From: an uncultured Candidatus Saccharibacteria bacterium
GTDB taxonomy: Bacteria; Patescibacteriota; Minisyncoccia; Phycocordibacterales; JAKFXT01
Assembly: GCA_964385825.1 (NCBI GenBank)
Contig: CAYLPX010000001.1
Location: 84,493-148,492, forward strand
Reading direction: 5' to 3'
DNA: 64,000 nucleotides
Shown here: piece after piece, positions 36,995-48,202 of the stretch
How positions within the stretch are numbered: the first letter of the stretch is position 1
How the letters are laid out: each line of letters begins with the position of its first letter
Program-made: the position numbers and the translations under genes
Notes under the pieces: model-generated
What the model saw: the letters and a program-made list of their open reading frames with translations, nothing else
Databases searched by the model: none
Told to the model about the DNA's origin: nothing

Positions 36995-37483
36995 CTAGGA
37001 TGATCGTTTGGAGGTTAGGAAAAGCGCAAGGAAAGAGGCAACAACCCAATAGAAAAAGATATTAGGAATGCCTAAGAACTTTTTAAACGTTGGTAGATAT
37101 GGGAATACAGTTTCGCCTCCAAGTAGCGCGTTAAGGCAGAGCGTTGCAAGGCCAATAATTGCAATTGATAGAACAATTGCTTCAAAAATTCTTGGGATTG
37201 AGCTCCAGGAGAAGACAGCCGAAATCACCCGACGCAGGGCGAAAAAGAATAGAAGGCTACTAACCACAAAGAAACCAATGTGTACTAGGTTTTTATCAGT
37301 AGCGGCACCTAGATTTCCCATGAGCAGTGTGGGGAGTGGAGAAATCGTTCCTAGGAAATAACTTATAAAGAGAGATAGAAAGAGGGTGACCCCAGCACTT
37401 TTGCCAAAGTAGAGCAACCACGAAAAAAGTGTTGCGAACGCCACAATAATAACAAGAATATCAAAAGGCATACCAAAGAACAT
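36995..37483 (-). CDS. hypothetical membrane protein
   Basis: Five hydrophobic segments. No family recognised. Confidence 0.45.
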   Translation of the reverse strand: MFFGMPFDILVIIVAFATLFSWLLYFGKSAGVTLFLSLFISYFLGTISPLPTLLMGNLGAATDKNLVHIGFFVVSSLLFFFALRRVISAVFSWSSIPRIFEAIVLSIAIIGLATLCLNALLGGETVFPYLPTFKKFLGIPNIFFYWVVASFLALFLTSKRSS

Positions 37484-37531
37484 AGTAATATTTTTTACTT
37501 TTAAAGGTAACTATATTGTAATACAACTTTA

Positions 37532-38596
37532 CTAAATCCCCTCACCTTTTAGTTTTTCCACAAGCTCACGAGCCTGCTTGCTTAATTTTTGTGGCATGGC
37601 AATAGCAATTTTTATAAGAAGATCTCCACGGTGGTTCTTATCAATAGGGACACCCTTTCCTTTTACGCGGAGTATTTCACCAAAACCAATACTTGAAGGA
37701 ACTGTTACTTTAAGTGGTCCCTCAACACTGGCAACACTATACTCACCCCCAAGAAGCGCATCGCTTAATTTAATTGAAAGTTCGGTGATAAGATTATTCC
37801 CGTCGCGATAGAGTTTGGGATGTGGTTTAACATGAATCTTGATGTAAAGGTCGCCTGAGGCTCCGCCCTGTGCCGCTTCTCCGCGGCCCTGCATGCGAAT
37901 AACTTCACCATTATCAATCCCCGCTGGGACAGAAATTGAAAGTTCTTCTTGTTTGCGGAGAACACCTTCCCCATGGCAAGCAGCACATTTCTCTTTTGGT
38001 ATTTTCCCGCTTCCACGACAGGTGGTACAGGCACGGACAACACTCACCTGACCAAAGAAAGAGCGTTTTGTTTCGTGGATCTTTCCATTACCATTACAAG
38101 TTTTACAAACCTGCATCTCAGTTCCCTTTTTTGCCCCACTCCCCGAGCATGTGTCACATACACCAAGTTTTGTTAGTAAAACTTTACGCGTAACACCAAA
38201 CACTGATTCTTCAAAGGTCAATTCAAGGTCAATAGAAATATCCCGTCCTCGTGGTTTGCTTTCCCGTCCTCCTCCAAACATGTCGCCGAAAATATCGCCC
38301 AAATCCCCGAAGTCAAAGTTTTGTCCTCCAGTAAAACCAGAAAAATCAAAGTCCCCAAAGCCTTGCGGGCCTGGTCCCTGCGAGCCGGAAAAGGTTTGGC
38401 CATAGGTGTCATACTCAGCCCGCTTTTTTTCATCTGAGAGGATGGAGTAGGCTTCACTAATTTCTTTGAACTTAGCGTCGTCCCCTCCCTTTTTGTCAGG
38501 ATGATATTTATGTGCGAGTTTGTGGAAGGCCTTTTTAACTTCCTCTTTGTTGGCCTTCTTGTCTACCCCTAGAATGTCGTAATAGTTTTTTGCCAT
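37532..38596 (-). CDS. dnaJ: chaperone DnaJ
   Basis: J domain with HPD, a G/F region and four CxxCxGxG zinc-finger repeats. The start is taken at MAKNYYD. Confidence 0.9.
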   Translation of the reverse strand: MAKNYYDILGVDKKANKEEVKKAFHKLAHKYHPDKKGGDDAKFKEISEAYSILSDEKKRAEYDTYGQTFSGSQGPGPQGFGDFDFSGFTGGQNFDFGDLGDIFGDMFGGGRESKPRGRDISIDLELTFEESVFGVTRKVLLTKLGVCDTCSGSGAKKGTEMQVCKTCNGNGKIHETKRSFFGQVSVVRACTTCRGSGKIPKEKCAACHGEGVLRKQEELSISVPAGIDNGEVIRMQGRGEAAQGGASGDLYIKIHVKPHPKLYRDGNNLITELSIKLSDALLGGEYSVASVEGPLKVTVPSSIGFGEILRVKGKGVPIDKNHRGDLLIKIAIAMPQKLSKQARELVEKLKGEGI

Positions 38597-38626
38597 GAAT
38601 TGATTATACACAAACTAATCTTGATG

Positions 38627-38667
38627 TAAAAAACTCCTTAACCATTTTTGCTTTTAAGGAGTTTTTT
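38627..38667. terminator. bidirectional terminator after dnaK
   Basis: aaaaaactccttaa-ccatttttgctt-ttaaggagtttttt. Confidence 0.6.
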
Positions 38668-38681
38668 ACTTGTTTTATAGC

Positions 38682-40574
38682 TTATTTAGTGTCTGTTGAT
38701 TCCTCGCTAGTGCCCTCTGGAGTATCCGTTTTCGCCTCTTCACTTTGCGGGGCTGCACTTCCCTGTTCTTTGTAAAGTGCCTCACCAATCTTTGAGAGCT
38801 CAGTACTCAGTGCCTCAGTAGCTGCTTTAAGTGCCTCAGCCTCTCCTTCGCGTACCTTTTTAACTTCAGCTATTTTACTTTCAATACCAGCTTTCATTTC
38901 AGGTGTGACTTTATCAGCATTATCCTTAAGTGATTTCTCCGCGGTGTAGACAAGCTGATCTGAGGAATTACGAAGTTCGGCCAATTCCTTTTTCTTAGCA
39001 TCTTCTGCACTGTAATTTTCAGCATCTTTGCGCATACGTTCGATTTCTGCATCCGATAGGCTTGAACTTGCTTCAATGCGGATAGTCTGCTCTTTCCCAC
39101 TAGCCTTATCCTTTGCTTTCACTTGTAGGATTCCATTTGCATCAACGTCAAAGGTAACTTCAATTTGCGGCATATTACGTGGAGCTGGTGGAATACCGTC
39201 AAGGATAAATTGGCCGAGGCTTTTATTATCAGAGGCCATAGGGCGATCTCCTTGGATAACATGAATTTGTACTGAGGTTTGATTATCAGCTGCTGTTGAG
39301 AATACTTGAGAGTGTGACGTTGGAATAGCTACATTACGCTTAATGAGGGTTGTATTAACTCCACCTAATGTTTCAATACCGAGTGAAAGTGGAATAACAT
39401 CAAGGAGGAGGATGTCCTTCACATCTCCCTGCATGATTCCAGCCTGGAGTGCTGCACCAGCAGCCACAACTTCATCAGGGTTGATAGACTTGTTAGGCTC
39501 CTTACCAAAGAGTTCCTTCACAGCCTTTTCAATGGCTGGCATACGAGTCTGTCCACCTACAAGAACAACCTCATCAATTTCATTCACTTTAAAAGGAGAG
39601 GCTTCAATAGCACGCTTGGTGATTTCGATAGAACGCTCAATAAACTCACGAGCCAACTCCTCAAGCGTTGCTCGACTTAGCTTCATTAGTAAGTGTTGAG
39701 GTCCTGAAGCACCAGAGGTAATAAAAGGAATATTTACTTCAGTTTCTGTAGTAGTTGAAAGCTCGTGTTTCGCCTTTTCAGCAGCCTCATCGAGTCTCTG
39801 AAGGGCTAGTGGATCGGTTGAAACATCAATGCCACTTTCCTTTTTATACTCATCGGCTATGTAACGAATAATCTTGCGATCAATATCTCGTCCTCCAAGG
39901 TGGCTATCCCCATCGGTAGACTTTACTTCAACCGTATCATCTTCCCCAGCGATTGATACTTCAAGGATTGAGATATCAAACGTTCCGCCTCCAAAGTCGT
40001 AAACGGCAATTTTCTCATTCTTCTTTTTGTTAAAACCATATGCAAGGGCGGCCGCGGTCGGTTCATTAATGATGCGTCGTACGGTTAGTCCAGCAATAGC
40101 CCCAGCATCTTTAGTTGCTTGCCTTTGAGCATCATTGAAATATGCTGGAACTGTTATGATTGCTTCGGTTACTTTCTCGCCAAGCTTGCTCTCAGCATCA
40201 GCTTTTAATTTTGAAAGGATCATGGCTGAAATGGCTTCTGGTGAATACCAGTCAGTTCCCATCTGTATCTTTACTCCCCCATTGTCAGCTTTCTCTACTT
40301 TGTAGGGAACATTTTTCTTATCACTTTGTACAGCTGCTTCATCAAATGAGTGGCCAATGAATCGCTTAATACCATAGACGGTGTTAGTTGGATTGGTGAC
40401 TGCCTGACGTTTAGCTAGCTGCCCAACTAAGCGCTCCCCTGTTTTAGAAAGCGCCACAATAGAAGGAGTGGTACGAGCACCTTCAATATTCTCAATAATA
40501 CGTGGTTCACCATTTTCAATAATGGCTACTGCTGAGTTGGTTGTACCAAGATCAATACCTAAGATTTTTGCCAT
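38682..40574 (-). CDS. dnaK: chaperone DnaK (Hsp70)
   Basis: [16 protein letters not shown] and full-length Hsp70 similarity. Confidence 0.95.
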   Translation of the reverse strand: MAKILGIDLGTTNSAVAIIENGEPRIIENIEGARTTPSIVALSKTGERLVGQLAKRQAVTNPTNTVYGIKRFIGHSFDEAAVQSDKKNVPYKVEKADNGGVKIQMGTDWYSPEAISAMILSKLKADAESKLGEKVTEAIITVPAYFNDAQRQATKDAGAIAGLTVRRIINEPTAAALAYGFNKKKNEKIAVYDFGGGTFDISILEVSIAGEDDTVEVKSTDGDSHLGGRDIDRKIIRYIADEYKKESGIDVSTDPLALQRLDEAAEKAKHELSTTTETEVNIPFITSGASGPQHLLMKLSRATLEELAREFIERSIEITKRAIEASPFKVNEIDEVVLVGGQTRMPAIEKAVKELFGKEPNKSINPDEVVAAGAALQAGIMQGDVKDILLLDVIPLSLGIETLGGVNTTLIKRNVAIPTSHSQVFSTAADNQTSVQIHVIQGDRPMASDNKSLGQFILDGIPPAPRNMPQIEVTFDVDANGILQVKAKDKASGKEQTIRIEASSSLSDAEIERMRKDAENYSAEDAKKKELAELRNSSDQLVYTAEKSLKDNADKVTPEMKAGIESKIAEVKKVREGEAEALKAATEALSTELSKIGEALYKEQGSAAPQSEEAKTDTPEGTSEESTDTK

Positions 40575-40597
40575 AGTTTTTATGTTAGTGAATAAGT

Positions 40598-41212
40598 TTA
40601 TTGTGCAATTTTGCCGACAACAACACGTGCTCCACGGAGCACCTTGCCTTGTAGCATAAATCCTTTTTGTAATACTGCAACTATTTTGCCATCATCTTCT
40701 TTTACTCCAACTTCCCTTGTTTCAACGGCCTCATGGAGTGAGGGGTTAAACTCTTCGTTAAGTGGATTGATGACGGTAAGTCCCCGTTGCTTTAGGACAT
40801 CAAGAAGCATGGTGTAAATATACTCAATTCCCATTCTCCAGGCGCTATCCACCTTCTCCCAAACTTCCTTATTGGCCATAGCACTATCAAAACTCTGTAG
40901 TACGGGAATTAGATCCTCTATAAGACCCAGGGTTGCGAATTTAACAAGATCCTTACGCTCTTCCTCCTGCTGCTTTTTAACGTTAATGAACTCCGCTTTA
41001 CTTCTCTGCCAGCCGGCAAGATACTCCATCTTCTCTTGCTCAGCAATTTTCAATTTTTCCCGAAGTTTTTTGAGCGCTCCTGTAGTGAGCTCCTCCTCGT
41101 CCTCTAGCGATATGTCCTCGTTTGTGTCTTCCCCTCCAAAGTTAAGTGTTGATTCAGGGTCGAGTTCTTCCCCATCTTGTTTTGAAGCGTCTTTTTTCAT
41201 AATAGTGGTCAA
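40598..41212 (-). CDS. grpE: nucleotide exchange factor GrpE
   Basis: Coiled coil plus the C-terminal GrpE beta domain, in a grpE-dnaK-dnaJ arrangement. Confidence 0.85.
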   Translation of the reverse strand: MTTIMKKDASKQDGEELDPESTLNFGGEDTNEDISLEDEEELTTGALKKLREKLKIAEQEKMEYLAGWQRSKAEFINVKKQQEEERKDLVKFATLGLIEDLIPVLQSFDSAMANKEVWEKVDSAWRMGIEYIYTMLLDVLKQRGLTVINPLNEEFNPSLHEAVETREVGVKEDDGKIVAVLQKGFMLQGKVLRGARVVVGKIAQ

Positions 41213-41286
41213 GTTAAAAAACTAATGTCACTTTGTAACACGAGAAGCCTAAGAAAGAATTGTAAAGGCTGAAAGTTGGAGTGCAA

Positions 41287-41703
41287 TTAACGCTTACTCC
41301 ACTGTGGAGCCTTGCGAGCTTTTTTAAGCCCGAACTTCTTGCGTTCTTTGCGACGAGGGTCGCGCTTTAGGAAACCAGCTTGCTTAAGCTCCTTGCGGAG
41401 GGTTTCGTCAAATGAAGTTAATGCGCGGGCAATTCCATGGCGAATAGCATCAGCTTGAGCGCGGATCCCGCCACCAACAACCTTTGCTGATACCTCAAAT
41501 TGCTTGGTCTCGGCATTTTGGCTAAGTGGACTTAAGACAGTTGCTTGCTGCTCGGCAATAACAAAGTAATCATTAAGGCCTTTACCATTAACCACAACTC
41601 CTTGCTTGGTAGCTTCTGTGATGCGCACACGAGCAATAGCGCTCTTGCGGCGACCAATTCCTTCTATGTATCCTTTAAGAGTTTTTGTTGACATATTATT
41701 CAC
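41287..41703 (-). CDS. rpsI: 30S ribosomal protein S9
   Basis: C-terminal ...KKARKAPQWSKR and full-length S9 similarity. Confidence 0.9.
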   Translation of the reverse strand: MNNMSTKTLKGYIEGIGRRKSAIARVRITEATKQGVVVNGKGLNDYFVIAEQQATVLSPLSQNAETKQFEVSAKVVGGGIRAQADAIRHGIARALTSFDETLRKELKQAGFLKRDPRRKERKKFGLKKARKAPQWSKR

Positions 41704-42046
41704 TGATTTCTAGGTTAAGAAGCATAGTATCACGATGCTTGTTTTTTGGAAGCATACGAGAAACAGCATGCTTGATAACTTCACCATACCCCTTGGTATC
41801 AGCTACGCGCTTTGCGGTCATTTGAGTGATACCACCTGGGTAGCCAGAGTAACGGGTGTGAAGAATACCTTCAAGGCGAGTCTGTGTAGCATTAAGCTTA
41901 CTTGCATTAGTAATAGTAACTTTGGCTGTAGGCGCAAAGTGCTTTCTAAATGTTGGACTATCCTTACCCATGAGAAGTGTTGCTACTTCGGTTGCAAGGC
42001 GTCCGAGTTTCTTTCCTGTCGCGTCGATAGTGTGAGTTTTCTGCAT
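41696..42046 (-). CDS. rplM: 50S ribosomal protein L13
   Basis: DATGKKLGRLAT motif. ATG at 42046 lies 4 nt after the rplQ stop. Confidence 0.85.
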   Translation of the reverse strand: MQKTHTIDATGKKLGRLATEVATLLMGKDSPTFRKHFAPTAKVTITNASKLNATQTRLEGILHTRYSGYPGGITQMTAKRVADTKGYGEVIKHAVSRMLPKNKHRDTMLLNLEISE

Positions 42047-42050
42047 ATAT

Positions 42051-42404
42051 TTATACAAATTCAATAACAGCTTGCTTACTACCATCCTTAATACGAGGAG
42101 AAAGCTTGGTAATGCGAGTGTAGCCACCAGCGCGTTTCTCGTAGCGAGGAGCTAAGGTTTTGAAAATCTTTTCAACACTTGCGCGACCACTTCCAAGTCG
42201 TGCTAGCACAAGGCGGCGGTTAGCAACAGAATCAGCCTTTCCTTTGGTTACTAGTTTTTCTACGAATGGGCGGAGCTCTTTTGCTTTAGCCTCAGATGTA
42301 GTGATTTTCTCACGGATAATGAGAGAGCGGGCCAAAGAGCGGATGAGGGCTGTCCGACCCTTATCTACTAGTCCAAACGCTCGACCTTTTTTGTGGTGAC
42401 GCAT
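42051..42404 (-). CDS. rplQ: 50S ribosomal protein L17
   Basis: MRHHKKGR... full-length L17 similarity. Confidence 0.9.
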   Translation of the reverse strand: MRHHKKGRAFGLVDKGRTALIRSLARSLIIREKITTSEAKAKELRPFVEKLVTKGKADSVANRRLVLARLGSGRASVEKIFKTLAPRYEKRAGGYTRITKLSPRIKDGSKQAVIEFV

Positions 42405-42412
42405 ATATGTGC

Positions 42413-43369
42413 TTATTTAAGAGTTACTCCAAAGCCTGCTAACATTTTCTTAATTTCCTGCATACCCTTACTGCCAAGTCCGTCAATATCAAGTATGTCC
42501 TCTTCCTTCTTTCGAGCAAGACCACCTAAAGTACGGATGTTGGCGGTGGTTAGGGCGTTAATGGTGCGAGGAGAAAGATCTAAGGTTTCAATGCGCGTCT
42601 TTAGCATATCAGGATCAATAGAGCTTTCTTTTTCAGTGTTCGTAGGAGTTGGCTCACTGTGGTGGAGTGAAAGGTCTTCTTCCTTAAAGCCGATAATGGC
42701 CTTAAGCTGATTGATCATAATTTCAATAGATTTCTCAAGTGCCTCATGTGGAGTGATGATACCATCAGTCTCAATAAAAATCTTAAGACGATTAAAGTCG
42801 GTACGATTACCAACACGCATGTTTTCTACTTCGTAGTTCACACGGCGGATTGGGGTAAAAGAAGCATCGAGGGCGATAGTACCAATATCAACTTTTTCTT
42901 TTTGAAGATTTTCCTTTGAAACATAGCCCATTCCCTTTTCAACACGAAGTTCAGCTTTGAAAGCAACCTTACCAGTAACTGTAGCAATAACTTGATCTTT
43001 GTTGATGATCTCAACCTGACCAGGTGCCTCAATATCCTTAGCGGTAACTTCCTTTGGACCCTTAACATCAATAGTAAGAGTTTGTGGTTCGTCAGTTAGC
43101 ATCTTAATGCGCACACGCTTGAGGTTAAGGAGGATAGTAATAACATCCTCTTTAACACCCTCTAGGGTTGAGAACTCGTGACTCACCCCTTCAATCTTTA
43201 CATGAGTAATAGAGGCTCCAGGAAGGCTAGAGAGGATAATGCGGCGAAGTGAGTTACCAAGCGTGTGTCCGTACCCAGGGTAAAGACCATCTATTTCGTA
43301 GCTTCCACTTAGCTCTGACTCCTCTACCACCTTTGGTTTTGAGGGAAGAATGACATTAATATCTGACAT
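42413..43369 (-). CDS. rpoA: DNA-directed RNA polymerase subunit alpha
   Basis: N-terminal dimerisation domain and C-terminal CTD HhH, within the conserved rpsM-rpsK-rpsD-rpoA-rplQ order. Confidence 0.9.
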   Translation of the reverse strand: MSDINVILPSKPKVVEESELSGSYEIDGLYPGYGHTLGNSLRRIILSSLPGASITHVKIEGVSHEFSTLEGVKEDVITILLNLKRVRIKMLTDEPQTLTIDVKGPKEVTAKDIEAPGQVEIINKDQVIATVTGKVAFKAELRVEKGMGYVSKENLQKEKVDIGTIALDASFTPIRRVNYEVENMRVGNRTDFNRLKIFIETDGIITPHEALEKSIEIMINQLKAIIGFKEEDLSLHHSEPTPTNTEKESSIDPDMLKTRIETLDLSPRTINALTTANIRTLGGLARKKEEDILDIDGLGSKGMQEIKKMLAGFGVTLK

Positions 43370-43435
43370 ATTTTTTTACTATTTAAACAATTGCTAATTC
43401 TACAATAATTTTAAACAAAAGGCAATTTTTACGGC

Positions 43436-44044
43436 TTAACGGCTATAGAACTCAAGGACTGGCACCAAATCGTATGCAAGCTCACTTCTTACATATACTG
43501 GTGTACCTACCACCTTTCCTTCTGCCCGGTCGGCATTAAAAGAAACCCAAGAAGGGGTGGTATGGTCTTTGAGTTTAGCTGCAAGCTCAGTAAAGAGCAC
43601 ACTCGTCTTACTACCCTCACGTACAGAAACCACATCATTAGCTGATACAACAAAAGAAGGAATGGTTACCTTGCGACCATTTACCATGATGTGACCATGA
43701 GAAACAAGCTGGCGGGCCTTGCGACGGGTGTTAGCAAGTCCCATACGGTACACAGTATTATCAAGGCGGCTCTCAAGAGAGCGGTAGAGAGTTTCAGCTG
43801 GGTTGCTACTCTTCCCTTCCATAGCTTTGGTAATGTAGTTCTTAAATTGCTTCTCCGTAATCCCGTAGGTGAAACGAACGCGTTGCTTTTCAATAAACTG
43901 CTTTGCGTAGTCACTCTTTGGTGCTCGGCGCTTGCCAGAACTTTCTGAGCGAGCCTGTGAAAGTTGAAAACGCTGTGTTTGGAGTTGCTCAAACACTGAT
44001 GATCCAAGACGCTTTCCTATTTTATACTTTGGTCCAATTTTCAT
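43436..44044 (-). CDS. rpsD: 30S ribosomal protein S4
   Basis: S4 domain ([10 protein letters not shown]) and C-terminal ...EFYSR. Confidence 0.9.
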   Translation of the reverse strand: MKIGPKYKIGKRLGSSVFEQLQTQRFQLSQARSESSGKRRAPKSDYAKQFIEKQRVRFTYGITEKQFKNYITKAMEGKSSNPAETLYRSLESRLDNTVYRMGLANTRRKARQLVSHGHIMVNGRKVTIPSFVVSANDVVSVREGSKTSVLFTELAAKLKDHTTPSWVSFNADRAEGKVVGTPVYVRSELAYDLVPVLEFYSR

Positions 44045-44058
44045 ATGAGATTTTTACA

Positions 44059-44493
44059 TTAAATGCGACGAGGCTTAGGTGGCTTTGGTCCATTGTGTGG
44101 AACAGGGGTGATATCACGGATTGAAAGAAGACCAATACCTTTTCCAGAAAAGGCGCGAATAGCCGACTCGCGACCAGCTCCAACTCCTTTTACTACTACA
44201 TCAACTTCACGAACACCAATAGCAGTAGCTTTTTCACCAATAAGTTCACCTACCTTAGCAGCAGCAAAAGGAGTTCCCTTTTTGGCTCCAGCAAACCCGA
44301 GTGAACCGCTTGAAGAAGAGCAAATAGCATTCCCCTTTTTATCGGTTAAAAGAACGCGGGTATTGTTGTAGGTGGAGGCAACATAGAGGACACCCGTATC
44401 AATCTTCTTTTTAGCGGCGCGCGCTAAAGACTTGGCCCGGAGTCCCTGGTCAACTTCACCTCCACTTTTACTTGCTACTCGTTTTTTACCCAT
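44059..44493 (-). CDS. rpsK: 30S ribosomal protein S11
   Basis: C-terminal ITPVPHNGPKPPKPRRI. Confidence 0.9.
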   Translation of the reverse strand: MGKKRVASKSGGEVDQGLRAKSLARAAKKKIDTGVLYVASTYNNTRVLLTDKKGNAICSSSSGSLGFAGAKKGTPFAAAKVGELIGEKATAIGVREVDVVVKGVGAGRESAIRAFSGKGIGLLSIRDITPVPHNGPKPPKPRRI

Positions 44494-44518
44494 ATTGGTT
44501 TAATGTTTTTAATGTTGA

Positions 44519-44902
44519 CTATGTCTTAGATTCCTTACGACGACCGCTTCCCATTGTCTTACGAACATTTCCACGTACAGTTCGAGAATTAGTTTTAGTG
44601 CGTTGTCCGCGACTTGGTAGGTGTTTCGCATGACGGCTACCTCGGTAAGTCTTTATATCCTTGAGGCGCTTAATATTGGCTTGAACAATACGCTTTAGAT
44701 CCCCTTCTATTTTATAGTCTCTTTCAATGATAGTTCGGATGGCTTGCTCATCACTTTCTTTCAAATCCTTTGCTTTAGTGTCAATTGAAACTTTAGCTTC
44801 CTTAAGGATTTTGCGGGCGCTGGTAGTACCAATACCGTAGAGAGCCGTGAGCGCGTACTCCATACGCTTATGTTCGGGAAGTGTTATACCAAGGATTCTC
44901 AT
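44519..44902 (-). CDS. rpsM: 30S ribosomal protein S13
   Basis: MRILGITLP...ALTALYGIG. Confidence 0.9.
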   Translation of the reverse strand: MRILGITLPEHKRMEYALTALYGIGTTSARKILKEAKVSIDTKAKDLKESDEQAIRTIIERDYKIEGDLKRIVQANIKRLKDIKTYRGSRHAKHLPSRGQRTKTNSRTVRGNVRKTMGSGRRKESKT

Positions 44903-44930
44903 AATAGAAATAAATAAATGTTTTTATAGA

Positions 44931-45044
44931 CTAGCCCTGACGTTGCTTGTGACGAGGGTCAGCGCAAATAACGTGCACCCGCCCCTTGCGGCGGACCATT
45001 TTACATTTGGTACAAATCTTTTTAACTGAAGCACGTATTTTCAT
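44931..45044 (-). CDS. rpmJ: 50S ribosomal protein L36 (37 aa; not in the ORF track)
   Basis: Hand translation gives [37 protein letters not shown]. Confidence 0.8.
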   Translation of the reverse strand: MKIRASVKKICTKCKMVRRKGRVHVICADPRHKQRQG

Positions 45045-45050
45045 GTGTAT

Positions 45051-45275
45051 TTAAAGTCTCCGTACAATTTTGCCTTTTGAGAGATTGTAAGGGTCAATTT
45101 CTACCTCAACCGTATCACCCACAAGGACGCGAATACGGTGTAATCGCATACGACCAGAGAGATACCCTAGCATGGTCTCCCCGCCTTCTTGTAGTTCAAT
45201 ACGGAAAAGAGTATTAGGCAGTGCTTCAATAACAGTGCCTACTTTTTTCTCCTTACTCTCTTTTTCGTTACTCAT
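45051..45275 (-). CDS. infA: translation initiation factor IF-1
   Basis: S1-like fold with GTVIEALPNTLFRIEL...GKIVRRL. Confidence 0.85.
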   Translation of the reverse strand: MSNEKESKEKKVGTVIEALPNTLFRIELQEGGETMLGYLSGRMRLHRIRVLVGDTVEVEIDPYNLSKGKIVRRL

Positions 45276-45473
45276 TATGGCTTTTACGGAACAATGCCCC
45301 ATAGAATAACAAAAAACCTTTTAAGCGTCAAATGTGAGAAACAGTAAAACGGCTCTTTGTAGAGCGGTTTTTGTAGGATTGAATATAGCACAAAAAGTGG
45401 CTTAAAACCATTTTTGGCATTGGCACCTCTTTGGCCCTTCAGGAATGCTAAAATATGGCCTAAAATAAGGGTT

Positions 45474-46883
45474 TTATCGGATTATAATGTCGCTGTTGAT
45501 AATATCTATCTTCTCACTATCTTCAGGAAGGGTTGATTTCCAGGCTGGTCTAATCGAAACCTCGGCCTTCTTTATTCCCTCATAATTCTTAAATATCTCA
45601 TTAACTTTATTTTGTGGTACACCAGATAAGTCCTTTTTTAGTTTCTCGCTATCGTATAGCCAGGTCAATGTTGTTGTGCCAGAAAGAGTAAACGGCAAGT
45701 TACCACTATTCCAAGGGGCTGTTTCAAGACTGTCCGGTGAGAAGGTTAGGTTTTGGAGGTTGAGTGAGGTGAGTGGTGCCCCTTTATAATCAGGCAGGGT
45801 ATTTTTGGCGATAAACATAGCGAGTTCATCCTTTTTAAAAAGAATGGCATGAAGGCTAGCTTTCATAGATATTTCAGTATCCTCTGGCTTAGAGAGAAGT
45901 GTGTAGGTGGTATATACAGCGCCATCGTAAAGGAGGAAGCCGGCTGGAACCTGTTCTTTGGCCTTATTAACAAGCTTACTTTTGAGTGAGGTTTTAAGGT
46001 CAGCTTGGCCTGCTTCAAGGTCGTGGGCACTAGCAGTTTTAATAGTGCCTTTCATACCACCCTGCATTTCAGTTTTTGAGCGGCCATAAATAGTGCTATA
46101 GCGTGGGTCACCCTTAAATCCAGGAATGGTAAAGTCAGCAAGCCCAATATTGTACCCTTCTCCTGCAGTATCTGCATTGGCGACGACCTCTACACTTCCT
46201 GGGGTTGTCCCTTTTTGTGCAGGTACTACTACAGAATTATCAATGCGGAATATTAAGTTATCTCCCGTTTCAAGACGGGTATTACGCACAAGCCGTTGCG
46301 ATTTGCTGGTTTTGTTAAAGATAACTACCTTACCGCTCGCTCGGCGCTCAATGACTTTTTCTCCTGTTGAGGGTACGGATTTCTTATCGGTATCTTCAAG
46401 GGTGAGAACCGTGAAGGCTAAGTCACCAGCTTGTGGATTCTTTTTGGCGGAGAAAGAATTTTTAAGTCCAACATCTTCAGTTTTTTGGGTTACGGTTATG
46501 AGAGCCCCAACATTTAAGAAAAGGTAAAGGAAGTACACAAGTACTATGGCAACTATAAATCCACCAAAAGAAGCAATTCTAGTTATACGCTTTGAATAAG
46601 AATGTATGCTGTCTGTTGAGGGAATGGCAGGGTTCGGCAGATCGGGACTGATATTTTCAGTTGGGTACTGTGGTTTTTGAACCGGCGTTTTTAAAAATGA
46701 ATTTCCGCTGGCCATGCGCTCTTTTGCCTGTTCGCGGAGCGGCAATCGGGGTGTACTGCTTTGTGGTGAGGTAGGAATGGGGGGAAGTTTTTTGCGCCTT
46801 GAAGGAAGCTCAATATCACGAATACTTCTTTTTTCGCTGGGGGGCACAATATCTTCTATTTGTGGTTTTTTCATGGCTGCCAT
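45474..46883 (-). CDS. hypothetical membrane-anchored protein (Pro-rich cytoplasmic N-terminus, one TM segment, large extracytoplasmic domain)
   Basis: Intact 469-aa ORF. No family recognised. Confidence 0.45.
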   Translation of the reverse strand: MAAMKKPQIEDIVPPSEKRSIRDIELPSRRKKLPPIPTSPQSSTPRLPLREQAKERMASGNSFLKTPVQKPQYPTENISPDLPNPAIPSTDSIHSYSKRITRIASFGGFIVAIVLVYFLYLFLNVGALITVTQKTEDVGLKNSFSAKKNPQAGDLAFTVLTLEDTDKKSVPSTGEKVIERRASGKVVIFNKTSKSQRLVRNTRLETGDNLIFRIDNSVVVPAQKGTTPGSVEVVANADTAGEGYNIGLADFTIPGFKGDPRYSTIYGRSKTEMQGGMKGTIKTASAHDLEAGQADLKTSLKSKLVNKAKEQVPAGFLLYDGAVYTTYTLLSKPEDTEISMKASLHAILFKKDELAMFIAKNTLPDYKGAPLTSLNLQNLTFSPDSLETAPWNSGNLPFTLSGTTTLTWLYDSEKLKKDLSGVPQNKVNEIFKNYEGIKKAEVSIRPAWKSTLPEDSEKIDIINSDIIIR

Positions 46884-46905
46884 ACTACTAGTTTAACATG
46901 GGAGG

Positions 46906-48150
46906 TTAGCTCTTTTTGGGGGGATAAAGTTCCGGAAGAGTTTCTTTGGCTGCGGCGGCGAATGAGGCGCTAATAGCCAATATGGTGTCGAAACGAATAT
47001 CAAGACTAAAACTAACTGAGTCAGCAAGGAGGGCTGTATCAACAAGATTTACATTAAAACCATTAGGCACTAGTGTTTGACTTGCAAATCCATGGGCTGC
47101 ACTTATTTCGGAGAAAATGTCTTTAAGGTCAGTGTCTACCAGAAGATATAAATCAGGGGGAACAGAAGTTTCTTCTGTAAGATTGATTAAAGATCTTTCA
47201 AGGTATACCAGCCATTCAGCTTGGGCTTGCTTTATGAGTGGTTCAAGCTTTATTCGCTCTGGCTCGCTAAGTTTTTTGTCATGGTAGAGCCCAAGGCGGG
47301 TTAAAGCATCTTCGTTTGTAGTGCTAAGTTTTTGTGCGATAAAACGTACGAGAGAGTATTTACCATATGGGAAAGACACGGTTTCAAGTAGCGCATGATT
47401 ACGAACAAGCGAAACTTCGGAAACTTCGCTTCCTATTGTCATAAACAGAAAATCTGATTCAGCATCTATACGGTTGCGAAGCGCAATGAAAGCGGCTAGG
47501 GAGAGGGGTTCCACGGAAACTTTGGCAGGGGTATACTTGCGTACTAACGTAGTAATCCCCTCAAGCACAGCTGGATCTATTGAGGTTCGGAATGCAGAAA
47601 TAGTAATATCTGATGTTTCTCTGTTGTAGGGGTCAGTAACATGATAGCCATTCACTTTAATATCAATAATACGTTCGTGAACGATTGTTGCATTATCCCC
47701 CACTAGCTCATTTTCATGTGCAGAAAGTGACGCCTTCTTTTCAACTTTAAGTAAAGAATCAACAAAATGGGGTGTTACTACGAATTCCTTTTCGTTTTTG
47801 TGATGAATAAGGGTCGTGTGTGAAAGATAGTAAGGAGCAGCAAGGATGCAGCAGACCTCATCAGCAGCAAGTAATTCATGGTCACGTTTATTCTTTTGAA
47901 GAATGCGGGCTATTTGCTCTAGTACTTGCCCAAGGGATTGCAAGGCTGTGGTTACAATATCAGGACTATCTTTTTCACTCACCCGTTGTTCGCCGAGCAC
48001 GGTATAGAGGATGTGTGGTTTGCCACTGCGCATTTCAACAACGGCTCCACGGCAGTTACCGCGTCCAATATCGAGATAGAGGACAATTTTTAAAGGAACA
48101 GTTCTTGTGCCGCTTAAAGTATTAAGAAAAGGAAAAAAACCCATGAACAA
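46906..48150 (-). CDS. actin-fold ATPase-like protein (FtsA/PilM-like, weak)
   Basis: N-terminal LDIGRGNCRGAVVE resembles the FtsA/PilM phosphate-1 motif. Overall similarity is weak. Confidence 0.3.
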   Translation of the reverse strand: MFMGFFPFLNTLSGTRTVPLKIVLYLDIGRGNCRGAVVEMRSGKPHILYTVLGEQRVSEKDSPDIVTTALQSLGQVLEQIARILQKNKRDHELLAADEVCCILAAPYYLSHTTLIHHKNEKEFVVTPHFVDSLLKVEKKASLSAHENELVGDNATIVHERIIDIKVNGYHVTDPYNRETSDITISAFRTSIDPAVLEGITTLVRKYTPAKVSVEPLSLAAFIALRNRIDAESDFLFMTIGSEVSEVSLVRNHALLETVSFPYGKYSLVRFIAQKLSTTNEDALTRLGLYHDKKLSEPERIKLEPLIKQAQAEWLVYLERSLINLTEETSVPPDLYLLVDTDLKDIFSEISAAHGFASQTLVPNGFNVNLVDTALLADSVSFSLDIRFDTILAISASFAAAAKETLPELYPPKKS

Positions 48151-48202
48151 ATTATAACAGGAGAAGCTGTTAGCTTGTAGTTTTGGGTGTTAGTAGAGAA
48201 AA

